In this document: positions 1-12,585 of the stretch, one piece after another
How positions within the stretch are numbered: the first letter of the stretch is position 1
How the letters are laid out: the number at the start of each line of letters is the position of its first letter
Source of the DNA: Iphione sp. A-MEVVRFRX5
Lineage: Eukaryota
Assembly: GCA_976226885.1 (NCBI GenBank)
Contig: OZ320319.1
Location: 78,368,001-78,432,000, forward strand
Direction: 5' to 3'
DNA: 64,000 nucleotides
Notes under the pieces: model-generated
Databases searched by the model: none
Seen by the model: only the letters and a program-made list of their open reading frames with translations
Told to the model about the DNA's origin: nothing
Program-made: the position numbers and the translations under genes

Positions 1-246
1 GTCTGTCATGATGAGAAAGTGGGTGGTGGTGCTACATGGTTTTGCATGCTATGCGTCCAGGTAGCCCACATGTCACTCATCAACACGAGAAACAGAATTG
101 CATCCAAGTGCTAATTTTGTTCGTTTTTAATTTAAATGTAGGGTATTGCCTTTCTACGACGTGGTCCCTCAGCTTGTGTGAAGCCCATGCAGTGTTTCCG
201 AGGTCTTCTGGCAGTGGTGGCCGAAAAGAGACGGACGGATACTGAC

Positions 247-501
247 CAGTACACAGCTGTTGACAACGGTGGTGGTGAGGGTGGTGGTTAGTGGTGGCGG
301 AGAGTCTTGCCAGGTCAACTGGTTGATTATTACAGTGACCACCGCATGTTACCAGTCCCGAGTTGTACATCTGATCCAGCCAGTAATATCTGCCCACATT
401 ATGACCATGTGTTGCCATGACCCTTTGACCCCTATATTGTTTTCTGATCGCTGGAGATGACTTCGCTCTATTCTGCTCGACTTTGCGCTTCTTTACACTA
501 C
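247..501 (-). CDS. Candidate second coding exon of an unidentified gene (R-SVKKRKVEQNRAKSSPAIRKQY...HHPHHHRCQQLCT-)
   Basis: Acceptor ttttatatAG at 502/501 and donor ACTG|GTCAGT at 247/246. Length 255 nt (phase 1-1). Only the phase-1 frame is open after the acceptor, and it matches the phase-1 donor at 2619. The frame could alternatively run to the stop at 80 as a terminal exon. No recognisable domain. Confidence 0.5.
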
Positions 502-804
502 CTATATAAAATGTTGCCTGAAAGTAGTCCGGCTATGGGGGGGAGGTCTCATTAGTGTGAGAGTCTTTCTAAACCTCTTAATTTCTTTTCTCTTACATTG
601 TTTTGTTTATCTTTTTAAGAATAATAGATACTAAAATATGTTTTAAGGTAGAAAGCAGAATATAAAAGAAACCAGAACAAAACTCTGGCACTATTTTCTC
701 AGTTATGTGTATCACTACACCTCTATGTGCAGTTAAGCAGAACCAAGGGTTGTAAAGCAGTCTGGACTTTAACACCCCCCCCCCCTCCAACCACAAACAC
801 TCTA

Positions 805-827
805 GTGCAAGCGCCAAAGGTGCTTGT
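805..827. repeat. Dispersed terminal hairpin GTGCAAGCGCC-AAA-GGTGCTTGT (copy 1 of 3)
   Basis: Near-identical 23-mers at 805, 30085 and 31801, all in the same orientation. Confidence 0.75.
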
Positions 828-2618
828 CACTTATGAAATCGGAGCAAGGTGAAAAAAACACGGATGACCTACGTGCATAGAAACAATTTGTAGTCGACTC
901 CCGGAGGATCACCGTATACAACAGAGCTCAACTATACATCTATGAGTGCATTAACACGCAAGACCTTCAACCATCACTTTATGGGGCCATAAGGTTTCTC
1001 TTCATAGACCCCTGAGTTCTGGGAAACGCTCGCAGATACTAAGAAAAAAAAATAAATAAAGACAAATCAATTCAATTGCAGGCAATAAGATATCTTATTG
1101 AAACTGGCAAGAAATGAATCCCTTTGGGACACCTCACAGGCTCAGTTGTACATGTGCTTGGGGGTTGGCAGAAACCTCAGTCCATGTGGCTCAGCTTACA
1201 GGTCCGTATCAGCCACAGGCCACCACCACCACCGCCACCACCGCCACCACCGCCCATACCGCCACACCTCAGCACAATGGAGCTATCTGAAGCGAAGCGG
1301 TGGCCACTGATACCATCGACTTTAAAATAAATACCCATAATGGGAAAAATATGTCCCACTACTTCAAAGCTCCTATCATTTCCGTGGTAGGCAGAGTGTC
1401 CTTCTGGCGGAAGCGACTCTCCAATATGCATGGTTTGAGTGCAGGTCATGGGGAGGAAGGGGTGGGGATACATTTTTTTTTTCATAAAGATTTCTCTTTC
1501 GTTCTTTCATTCTGATTATTGTGGCGTGATGTCTCATTAAATATTACAAGAAAGAAGACAAGACATGCCAGTTTTGTTTTTTGTTCTTTTGAAATCTGAT
1601 TAAATGTTCTTATGTCTACATCGGACGTGTCCACGTTTCCTGATCAGATAAGGACACCATTTGAAGTTAGAAATCTGTCAACACTTGACTCTGGTTCATG
1701 TGTCGTCCTACAAGATAGGCAAAGGCATGTATACGGAGTTGTTATAGATCTCATGTTGCCGGACAACGCTTGCCATCTTGAACACCATTGTCAACACCCC
1801 CACTTGCAGACGATGCCACCCTTGTCTGCAATGTTAACCTCAAGAATGTCCGTGACAGTGTGTGACAATGTGTGAGAGTGTGAGACGGGGCGAAAGCAAA
1901 ATGGAAACTGGCAGCTCACTTTGCAGGCATACATAGTATTATTCCCGCCTTACGGGCGTCGCGCAGATTCAGATAACTGAAAGATCACTGAATAGTCCCC
2001 CTAAGGCCTTTGCCAAAACAAAGATTTTTCCCCTTGCAGTTACAGGTAATTCAAGTAGAAAATAAACATACTGTATGAAATTGTATGTAGATTCCCTATA
2101 TAGGTAAGTAGATTTCCTATGTAGGACATAGATAACAGATACAATGGGGAGCATACACCCTACACCGTTCAGTAAGGGCAACAGGTAAAACATATACAGT
2201 CACTAAAAAGGCTTTGGGAGAGTGTTTAATGGAGACATTGAGGAATATTTCGCTGTAAAATGCTTTCACTTGTTTTTTTTTTTTTTGCAAATAAAATACC
2301 TCACAATATCTCCTACTTGTTAGTGTTTTTTTTTTCCTCTCTCTAAACCTCACATTTTGTAACAAGTACATGTAGTCACTAAAATAGGGAAAAACCTTAC
2401 GAATCCATCATCATATTTATTCACAATCTATATACCGCAGAACTGGAGTACTTAACGAACCTCTGCATGACATGAAGAATACTCCCTGATTCTATTGTAA
2501 CTTGCTTATGTACAGATACAACATTGTGCCACAATCCAGTGGGAAATGTCAGCCCCCTCCCCCAACTTCTCCCAGGCAGCCCCAACCCACCCACCCACCC
2601 ACCCACAACCATACTCAC

Positions 2619-2814
2619 GTGGTCGCGGCCGCTTGCCGCCCTCCTTCTCCGGCCGCTTCTTGCGGTAGCGGAGCGACAGGCGACGAATGATCTCGCGCAT
2701 CGGCGACGACTTCCGGCGGCGCTCCTCGTTCGGATAGGAGGCCAGATCGACCTTGACGACGCCGGTCCGCGCCATGGCGGCAGGAGCGCCGACAAACTCC
2801 ATAGATGCGGGCAT
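2619..2814 (-). CDS. First coding exon of an unidentified basic, Arg/Lys-rich protein (MPASMEFVGAPAAMARTGVVKVDLASYPNEERRRKSSPMREIIRRLSLRYRKKRPEKEGGKRPRP)
   Basis: In-frame TAA immediately before ATG 2814. Further in-frame ATGs at 2802 and 2775, the latter in a perfect Kozak GCCGCCATGG. Donor C|GTGAGTAT at 2619/2618 (phase 1). Upstream branch/acceptor ctaat-acttctactacAG at 2941/2940 would define a 2940-2619 exon. CpG-rich. Confidence 0.6.
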
Positions 2815-2817
2815 TTA

Positions 2818-2849
<32 letters not shown>

Positions 2850-3480
2850 CAGCCTCCCAGACAAGCAGCCGCGTGCGGTTTTTACACCCCAAATAACAAA
2901 ACTCCACGACGTTTTTTTCTCACAAGGGCAGCAACACTGCCTGTAGTAGAAGTATTAGTAGTGGCTGGTGCCAGCGGTCCATCACAAACCGCTCATATCT
3001 GATGAGCCAGCATAACTTCCGCTGCGCAAATTACAACAACACGGCAGGCTTGGTAATGTTGATACACTTCAACTGTGATTCCGGGTGAGAGCCATCATGA
3101 CAGGGTTAAAAACTATACGGCCGGTGCGAAAGCTGCCCGTAAACGGAGGTGATGAACTGGCGGAGTCCTACATCAGCAGCACCCTGGTCACGAGAGAGAC
3201 AGAGAGACGGGCGTCAGCACGTAATGACACTCCGAGGATCCTGACTTTGCTCCTATAGGGTCCACCACCCTCTTCTTGCTCGGCGAGTACTCAACTGCGT
3301 GGGTGCACGTGCGTGTACATCCTCGTCTCCTGCACTACTACCGCCTCGGTAGCGCACTGGCTAACGATGTCCTTATGAATATACTCCCGAGCAATTGCGG
3401 CCGCCCACTCGCGGTGAGCTGCTCCCGTGGTAGGTACATGTAGTAGTATTGGTAGGTTCCTGGTTCGTCGCGTCCTCGTG
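2620..3480. promoter_or_regulatory. CpG-rich region around the gene start, possibly a (bidirectional) promoter
   Basis: High CpG/GC density relative to flanks. Plus-strand donor-like GCG|GTGAGC near 3414 suggests a possible divergent exon. Confidence 0.4.
2819..2848 (-). repeat. (CGG)10 trinucleotide repeat in the putative 5'UTR
   Basis: Plus strand (CCG)10 at 2819-2848, ending 4 nt upstream of ATG 2814 on the minus strand. Confidence 0.9.
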
Positions 3481-3693
3481 CAAAGAGCAAACGATGCTAA
3501 AAACCCTGAGTATAAGATGAGAGCAATGTGTGTGTCACGTGGGGGGAGAGAGATATAATATCAAACAACTGAAATCAAAAGCATTTCAAGCAGTTTCCGC
3601 GGAAACTCCCCGAATCCATGTGAACAGTTGGTTTCCATGATTACCTGCAAGTGTGAGTGCGGGTAGCACCAGCTGAACGACACCTTAAACAGC

Positions 3694-3704
<11 letters not shown>

Positions 3705-3740
<36 letters not shown>
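3705..3740. repeat. (GT)n microsatellite
   Basis: Direct reading. Confidence 0.95.
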
Positions 3741-3743
<3 letters not shown>

Positions 3744-4435
3744 GGTTTGGTGTTGTCTACCCACTAGTGCGTGTGTTGTGCCTACAAAGCTGATTCGAGA
3801 GGGGTGAGAACGTAAGACCTCCCAGTTGCGCACCAGGGGATGAGGATTATTCTGTCATTGACGGCGCTGCATAGGAAGGAGGACACCGAGCCTTGGGGCG
3901 TTCAGAGGGACGGACCTCCCCTGAGTGTCACATGACTGCAGTCAGTCTGACAGCTTCCAGGAAGCAGGAAGTCCTGGGGTCTGAACACACATCAACGTAT
4001 CAACACACACACACAAACACACACACAAACACAAACACACACACACACCAAATACCCGCCCCTTACACGATAAATCACCCCTGTGCGTTACATTTAAAAA
4101 GTAGAGAGATTATGGACAAGTCAACTTCTTCCGTAGCTAGGCACATACTTTATCTGAAATGACCTTAGAACATAGATAGCAGTGAAGGCAAAGGGAACAG
4201 CAGTTCTAATATGGCTAGCCGTGACTCTGCTATACTCGCAATGCTGAAGAAACATATTGAAACCAGGGACTAGTCACGGCCCAGATTCAAAAACTATGTC
4301 AAGCATGCGCACTGAGCTCTTTCAAAATGGCGGTAGAGGTAAACATGCCCCGTAGCAGCTGGAACCGTTCGAAAATGATAGAATATGATGTAAGAGCATG
4401 TAAAAGGTTAGTAATGACCAAAACCATACCAGAAC

Positions 4436-4569
4436 CGAGTTTAACGACTTCATTTCGAGACTAGTCGACGGTTTAGACACTCACCCCTCGGGCTGGGACT
4501 ATCGTCCCAGCCCTCGGGGTGTTGTGTCTAAACCGTCAGACTAGTCCCTCAATTCCATCGCTAAACCCG
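4436..4569. mobile_element. Fold-back (palindromic) non-autonomous element
   Basis: Arms GACGGTTTAGACAC 4467-4480 / GTGTCTAAACCGTC 4524-4537, CACCCC/GGGGTG, and GGGCTGGGAC 4490-4499 / GTCCCAGCCC 4504-4513 with a 4-nt loop. GACTAGTC at both ends; imperfect pairing extends to ~4436/4569. Confidence 0.55.
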
Positions 4570-5426
4570 TCGTCCTGACACACCGGGGTATAAAAGTCAC
4601 CTAATATGCGCCCAAACAGAAGATGAAACTAAATATATCATTCCCCATCCACTAAATCCCTGGGGTGAGTGGGGCGATTGGGGAGATATTGATTGCCCCC
4701 CTCCCTTAACAAGCAGTCGCCGAACTGCGATAAAAATGCCCCTAGCATGAAACTTATCTCCTGAGAAGCCCACTCACCGATGCTCCCCCCGGGGGGGTAG
4801 GGTGGGAAGAAAAACTAATCTAATACCTGAAATTCAATATATCTCCCCGTCTTCGACATGGATGTGCCAGAAAAACGCTCGCATGAGAACGCACCGAGTG
4901 AAAATCGACGGATTCCTGCACCTCTGGGGGGGGGGGGGGGCGTTCTAGCCCCACAACCTAGCTGCGACACAGCGTTATGTGGGTTCTACTACCCTGCCTG
5001 CCAGTCCAGTCACACTCGATCCCGCAGTGCTATTTATTTTCATGTACTGCATTAAGCACCGGTCCGGCAGGTCCCATTTGTCGTCGGTGCCTTGAATAAT
5101 GGCCGCATATCTGCGCCTGATGTGGCACTGTCGACCTCGGAGGGTGCTCAGTGGAGATTAGGGCCCCCTTCACTGCTCGAGTGCCGCAGGGATAATACAC
5201 ACGGTTCAATGACAGGCCATCGCGGAGGGCAAGGACCAGAGGGTGTGCGCGGCCCGTCAGTGCGTGGTCCGACCTCGTGCAGCACAGCACATGCTTAGCG
5301 CCTGCATCACCGAAGTTGACACTTAACTGAAGGCTTGGTGTTCGGACGACGGAATCTGTGTGCACGCACGCATACACATACACGCACGCACGCACGCGGA
5401 CCACACACGCAAGCATCACCGGAGTT

Positions 5427-5427
<1 letters not shown>

Positions 5428-5494
<67 letters not shown>
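5428..5494. repeat. (CA)n microsatellite
   Basis: Direct reading. Confidence 0.95.
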
Positions 5495-5497
<3 letters not shown>

Positions 5498-7279
5498 CCA
5501 TGCTAGCAGCATTTGTTACATTTCACGTGCAGTGAACATGACGGGAGGCGTGACACCGTCAAAAACGGCTCCGTCAGCATTTCAGCTTCAAGATCTAAAT
5601 GGCCCTGAGCCAGCCAACATTCATCATCAAAACAACGCGTGTTAAACCTCCCTGCGATCGGCGCACCAGTAATGTCTTGACTACAAGCCCGTCCGCTAGA
5701 CTCAACTACCGCAGCACACGCCATCGAGCACTTACGCTCTCTTACAACTGCATCCGAGTGATATATCCAGACCGCTGGCACTCTTTTAGCACCCTTTGCG
5801 TACATGCCCCTCCCCTCAACCCCACCTTAATTCTACAGACTTGTTATCAGCTCAACTCATCAAAGATGTAAACACACAGCTGTGGTGCACAACGCAGGCT
5901 GCTGCATAAAATACGTGCCTCTATACGACAGCGTACCTACAATAACACACATACTAATTGTATGTGCGCTAAAACCACAAAGATCATGACTACAGAACAA
6001 CAGAGGGCTACAGATTGCCTTTAAGACAAATAAACACACACACACACACACACATCTAACCTATTCGTTCCCCAGCCCCCACCTCCCCTCTTTCTCCTCA
6101 TCCGCATCTCCTTGTCTGCCTCCTGTCTGTGCCAGTCGTTGTCTGTGTCTGTCTGTCTGTCTGTCGTCTGTGTCGGTCTTGCCTCCCTTACCGGCCTGCG
6201 TAACGGTGTGACAAATACTGCACAATGCTCTGAAAGACAGCTATGTAGCTGACACTGACATTTTAAGGGTACCATACCTCTCTAATACGTACAGGAAATA
6301 GTGGAAATCTACACGAACAGACAGGCTAACAAAGCCAAATAGCCAATGCATGGTCAAAAACTCGCTCGCGTGACTATTAGTGCATACCATCCATAAAGTA
6401 ACAGTCCTAAAGTAACAGTAAGCAGGAAAATGCATGGGAATATTCAAGTAAGGCCTGTCGTACATTTATCTTCGAAACGTTGTCAAATATTGTCGTCAGC
6501 ATAGCCTGTATAAGACAACAATATTTCAGTATACATCATGTAGTGACTATGTTTCGTTGTTGATACGTGGGCGTGCAAATGTGTCTTTTCAGAGACGGAA
6601 ATACTACATGCTGATAAATTGTTCCCGACCTAGAATTCCAATGGTAACAAATATTACCCGCGCATGCAAAAAGCACATATCGGCTTTCAATATTAATGGT
6701 TCTCTGTCAGGCATGATATAAATACAATGTATATATTGCATAGAAATTGTTATGCAAAAGTATACATGTATACTTTAATCAAATAATTTCTATGATTCGG
6801 GGGCATTACTAAGCGAGGAAGACGACCAAAGCAGGTCTTCCTTTACGAGAGGGAGAGAGAGGGAACGTGCTCAAAAGTACGTATACGTGTATGCATGTTT
6901 TCTTGAGTATTTAAGCTACACGTACATAGTAAAACTTGTACGGAGCCCTTCGCTCACGACTACGATTATAAAAGATGTGCAGGTCTTTGAAACTACCGGT
7001 ACCAGAAGCGACAGTTCACGGTCAGCCCTTCCCTTTTCAATAGGAAATACTCTCTTTTTTCCCCACTTCTCTCCAACACTCCACTTTTTCGACCGGTCGG
7101 CTTGCGCCGCTGGGATGCGGCAACGACAGTGACACACAGTGCTGCGCAGAAGGCCAGGGAGGGAAAAGACCACATATATAGTCTCTCGTCACACCTGGTG
7201 CTCGGAGGAAGGGGAGGGGGGGGGGAGTGGGAGAGGGATGGAAGTGTGGGGCCTCTAACCTGGAGGCAGGTGCGAACAC

Positions 7280-7421
7280 GGGTCAAAAGGGTCATCGAGC
7301 TACAAAGGGCAACTTCAAGGTGACCTTCAGTGGCCACAGCAGGCGGTATCAACATGGAGGCCATTAATGTCATCACGCAATCAGGTCAAGGCCTTAAAAA
7401 AAGTGCATCAAGGTCGACCTT
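7280..7421. promoter_or_regulatory. Nuclear-receptor half-site cluster (DR3 plus NR5A/ERR-like TCAAGG sites)
   Basis: GGGTCA-aaa-GGGTCA 7280-7294; TCAAGGTGACCTT ~7315-7327; AGGTCAAGGCC ~7383; TCAAGGTCGACCTT ~7408-7421. Motif match only. Confidence 0.35.
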
Positions 7422-9710
7422 GTAGGTAGACGGAATAAATGTTAAATGATCGCGTCTATATAATAAGTACAATATATGTACATATACTTATTCAGGGTTT
7501 TTTTGTCGCTGTAATTTTATGAAAGCATTAGTTCGTTTAGTCTCATCATTACGGACAAGCACACAAACATTAACACCTTCACTACGTACCAGCCAAGATG
7601 AAAAGGCAACTAAAAGGGCTTCCATTATAAAAAATAAAATACCGTTAGAGCTTCAAAAGGGAGTTCAATGTATAATGAGAAACGGGAGTAGAAGGTTGTG
7701 GGCGTCGGGGCCGGACGGGGGGACAAGCTAATCGCGGTTTTTTTCATTTTGAGGCCGTTATTATTCAACAGAGCTTAACTAAACGCCCGGTCCAAAGATT
7801 CCCACTCAGCTTTCCGATAACTTTCCAGCGGCGTTGAAGTCGGGTGTAGAAAGACGGAGTGCTACGACAGCTACTGTGAGGAGGTAGAGCAAATCATCCC
7901 ATTCAGGCCGGTTAACTCTCACTGAGCCGTGTTCTAAAGGGAAACGACAGCTGACCCCTGGGGGTCGTGGGTGCTGCTGCACTGGGGGAATTAGTGGTCC
8001 TACCTCAACAGGTGCAGATGGTCCTTCAGAGGAGGACACACGACAGGATGGGATTCAGAGGAGGAATGTCAAACCGAGGGGCAGCAGCGGCACTGCGATA
8101 ATACGGAGGCGGGACGGAAAGAGGGGCAGGCGGTTTCAGGGTGGGGATGGGGGGGGGGGCTGGGGGGGGGGCATCGTGGAAGGTAGTAGAGAGGAAAAGG
8201 TGGAGGGCAGAGGGGAGGGCAGTGGAGGGTAGAGGCAAGATTTCGTCTTGCTATTTGATATTTTCACTTGAAGACTTCACCCTACAGCTTTACGGAGTAA
8301 CTGCCTGTAACAAGTTGACTGGCATAGGACAAGATTAGCTTGTCACTTACCACTTTGTGACCCCTCTCTTACCTTGACAACATACGGAAGTGTAAATATG
8401 TTAATGTTGCCTCTGTTTCTCTAGCTAGCACCTTTAAGATGAGGGTATGCGAAGAGCCTTCAACTTTCAGAGTTTCGTAAACAATGTGCATGGTCAGATG
8501 GTAAAAATGGCCCAAAAGTCACATTGCAGCATTTAGAAGTTTCCTCCACAAAGGCCAATGAACAAAAAACAAATCATTCAAGTTCCTATAAAACGTTTCT
8601 AGGAAGTTTGAAAATGTGTCTGGCATTGATCTCAGTAAATACTATTATAAGCTGCACAAAAGCAGCATTTTATTTTCTTCTATGACTTCCTCGCTAGAGC
8701 AGAATAGCACGAGTTCTAAGGGGGTGTAAATACCAAAGGGCAAAGTGTATTCATCTCATATATAGATGGCAGTCCCGTGCAATAGACCCTCCGCTTGATA
8801 ATATATGCTTAATTCGAGCGCTCACCAAAGATGAATGTCCAGCTTTGCCGTCAACACGACTTAACAAGCCCTTCTTTGTTATACTATGCTGAACACTTTC
8901 ATTAAAAATAAATAGGAAAACATGCCATTAAGATGATAAGGTACCACCCATAACGGGCTTTCCCGGGTCTCCCTATACAGCACAGCAGAAAATAACCGAC
9001 GAGGCAGTGAGGGCCTCTCGACATGATCGCAGGAATCGTTATTGATCTTCAATCGATTGCTTCTGACAGCAGCGTCAGAGAACGCACGGGGCAAGTAAAC
9101 GCCATTCCAATCATCTATACTTGGGGTGTTACTCCGACGAGAGCTCGGACTAACTCCGGCATACTAGCTGCGCAGAAATCAGGCCAAGCACTTCACGAAG
9201 TCTCTTATAAAGTCTGCTTCACCTCCCCACCCCCCACCCCACCTCCTCCTCTTCGATCACTCTAACCCCTGTCCTGAACAATGCAGACCGACGGGCTACA
9301 GCCATATTGATCTTTAGGTCTCTGCACAGTGACGATAACGTGTTATCGGGTGATGCGACTTCGGTTTTTCTTATAAGGATGTTATACGCCCTACGTCTGT
9401 AATGCTTCCAAAACACGGAAAACAACGGTGTTGCAGGTTCCCTGGCTCCTCGTGTCCCGCGAGGTTGGCAGAATCAGGAACATATATCTTATTATCAGTG
9501 GTTCCGTAATAAAACACACAAGCGTACTTACAGTTAAAAACAAGTCCATATCGTGGATATAATGACCTAAATATAGTAATCAACAAAGAACAAGAATGAA
9601 GGGGCGGGAGACGTAAACAAAACTCTATACGTTCGTACAGAGATAAATATGAAGGGGAGGACACGGGGGCAGGCAGGGTCCATGAAATAAAGTGAAAGAC
9701 AACACACCCA

Positions 9711-10065
9711 GAGAGACTGTGGGGACAGGGGAGGAAAGACAAGCAGGAGGGAAAGACAGGAGGTTCAGAGAAACTGTGGGGAAAGGGGAGGGAAGACAAG
9801 CAGGAGTGAAAGACAGGAGGCTTAGGGAGGGTGTGGGGACAGGGGAGGAAAGACAAGCAGGAGGGAAAGACAGGAGGTTCAGAGAGACTGTGGGGGCAGG
9901 GGAGGAAAAACAAGCAGGAGGGAAAGACAGGAGGCTCAAAGAGGCTGTGGGGATGGGGGAGGAAAGACAAGCAGGAGGGAAAGACCGGAGGTTCAGAGAG
10001 GCTGTGGAGAAAGGGCAGGGAAGACATATAGGAGGAAAGACAGAAGGCTCAGAGAGGGTGTGGGG
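9711..10065. repeat. 57-bp purine-rich minisatellite, ~6 copies, with alternating variants (114-bp dimer)
   Basis: (C/G)TGTGG anchors at 9717, 9774, 9831, 9888, 9945, 10002, ~10058. GAGGTTCA and GAGGCT(T/C)A variants alternate. Confidence 0.9.
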
Positions 10066-12585
10066 TGGGGGTGGGGATGGGGGTGGGAAGAAAGAGAGCG
10101 TGACAGAAAGAGAGCGCGACAGACAGGCAAGGAACGATGCCAGTTGTCCTTTCCTCGCTTACGACTTCTTTTACCATGGCAGGCGGATATAAGACAATTC
10201 CACGAGGCATGACACTCAGTATGTACCCATAGTTAATATGCAGATTGACTTCAGCTTGCTGAGCTGAGCAAAGCCTGTTCAGCCTTGGGACGAGAGGGAG
10301 GGAGATCCAAGCCGAGTTGTCCCGTCCCTGTCTCCACGGAGGGAACATCGACGATGAGTAAACACTCTGTGACTGCGGCGACCCAGACGGGCGTCTAAAG
10401 AGGGCAGCACTGTCGGATGCGTATTAAGACATGCGCAGCGAACTGCACACGTTGGGTCCACACCCAGAGCTTTCACCCAGCAGGGCAAGTCCTGCAGGGA
10501 GGATAGAGTGGCTGCCCCCTGCAGCAGAGGATAGCATGAAGACGTGCAGTCTTAAACTCGTATACAGCCCACCTCAACCCTCGTGCTAGTATCAGACATG
10601 CGTATGCCCCTCTCGATATGCATGGGAACAACTGTTTCTCTTTTGCATTAAATTCCATAGTGAATGATCGGCACGCGTTATTATATCCACTGCGTCGTGG
10701 ACGCACGTTTTTGTTTTGTTTTGTTTTTGAGAGAATATCTCTTTAATATCAGCGTTTTGTTCGTTTGTCTTGTATCATTCAAGTCTTGTTGGCCACTGTG
10801 ACCTGCCCGTTCGGCTCTCGGTAAACTGTTATGTGAAATCTGTATTCTCAGTGAAAGCGTATATTCCCACAGGGGCTGATCCCCCTGTGAGTTACTGCAC
10901 AAACCCTCTTCAAAGGGACCATGGTTTTCGCAATCAACGGACTTAGATAAAATCTTTTCTTCACGGACAACTTCTCACCACCCGTTAACACCTGAATGCA
11001 CATCTTCTATGCGATTCAATACGACTAGTGGGTTAGAACTCCCCTTGTTAACCTTTCCATTTCAAGAGCCGGTATTATTAACCGTTCTGGCTCAAAGTGA
11101 AAACACACGCACTTATGCGACGTCCACAGACGTGGTAAAAGGACACACAAAAGCTATCCATAACGCACCCTAATAAAGCAGCCGACGGGTCAGCCGGTAA
11201 CCTTCAATGACCAGAGACGGGCCCAACCTTTTGGCTGTCGGTGGCTGGTGTCTAATAGAGCCACGAATGGGTGCGTCCACTGCCTGCTGACGGGGGCAAT
11301 TGGCTTCACGGCCTCGTGGCTGCATGCTCTCCCGGGATATGACCTTTCCAAACTATCTCCACACGACAGCCATAAATACAAAAAAAAAAAGAGCTCGGGC
11401 AAATCGGCAATAGCGACAACAAGTGAGCTTCAAAAAACTTTAGAAGTTGATTTGCAGTTAGGAAAGCAGCTTGGTGGACCACAGCAATTATGTACATATA
11501 TATGCGCGTTAACTATCGCCCAACAATCCAGAGAGCAACTTGAATAAATCTAGTCCATTAGACAGCAGCTAATCTAAGAGTTCGATTCAATTTACACACA
11601 AAGTGCGGCGATTCCTGAAGCTGAGCTTCTGAACAGAGCCTGCGTTCAGTCGGGAGGCCTCTTCAATACGAGGGCAATTATATATTTTCAATCTGTGGAG
11701 AGGATGTGAATGTCTGTCATTTGTCACTGTCGTCGGGGGTAGTGAATTTTTAACCCCTACTTCATTCACTGCTGATATTGATGGCTTGTCAATATTTACA
11801 AGGTTGCAGGGTCCCCCTCCCACTCGTCTCTTGTCTACTGAAGAGTGTCTGCGTTAGGCCATTGTGCAGAACGTCGCCTTTCTCCCCTTCGCCTTCTTTT
11901 TTTTCTGATCTGCCATCTGCGGTCCTTGCGCTTTAAATGACGTTCGGGGACTGCTGTCAACAGGGGGCGCGCTAATCGGGCGGTGGTGCAGGGGCATAAT
12001 CAACGCTCAGCGAAAGACTGGCACCTCTGCTGCAGCCGCCGCCGTCCGCGCTAGACGAGCTGCAGTCCGTACTCCCTTTATGCTGGACATGCCCATCTTC
12101 CTCTTCAGCATCCCGGTCCTCAGCGCTACTGTCGTCCTTTTAGAGACAATCGGCGACTGAAACTGTGGAGGGAGGACACTTATTCCAGTCGCTGAGAACA
12201 TACATCATCCATAACTACAGGCCAATAAAAGGCCAATGGGCTAATCACAATGAAAACACACAAATTTGCAGAAATATACACCTTTGAGCCTTCACTTAAT
12301 ACTGAACTAGCGCTACGATTGGGAAATACATGTGTAGTTTATGCTTTTTTTGGTCGATACTTTATTGCTGTCACTCTGACCAGAGCCTGCAGCTGACATT
12401 CACTGTGAGGTCACGGACATCCTTATGTTCAGCCATATTTCACCAGTATCTCTTCGGAAATCAAAGAGCCGAAGCCAAGTCTAGTGACGCCACTGTAGGC
12501 GTCGGCGCCACTACCGCGGCTTGACGCCCGCCAGTCTGGTTAATGACGGGCTCGCAGTCCGAGACTCCTTCTGGCGCCTGCTGGC

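Noticed and set aside
1098-1485. Poly-Pro, poly-His or poly-Gly ORFs over the (CCA/CCG)n tract
   Set aside because: Trinucleotide repeat open in several frames on both strands; no consistent exon model with the flanking exons.
5030-5645. ORFs with CVCV/HTHT runs (also near 22, 24, 33, 38, 40.5, 43.8, 56 and 58 kb)
   Set aside because: Microsatellite translation artefacts.
9371-10192. Long ORFs (218, 166, 104 aa) with repeated peptides
   Set aside because: Produced by a 57-bp (3x19) minisatellite open in several frames on both strands; no splice or domain support.
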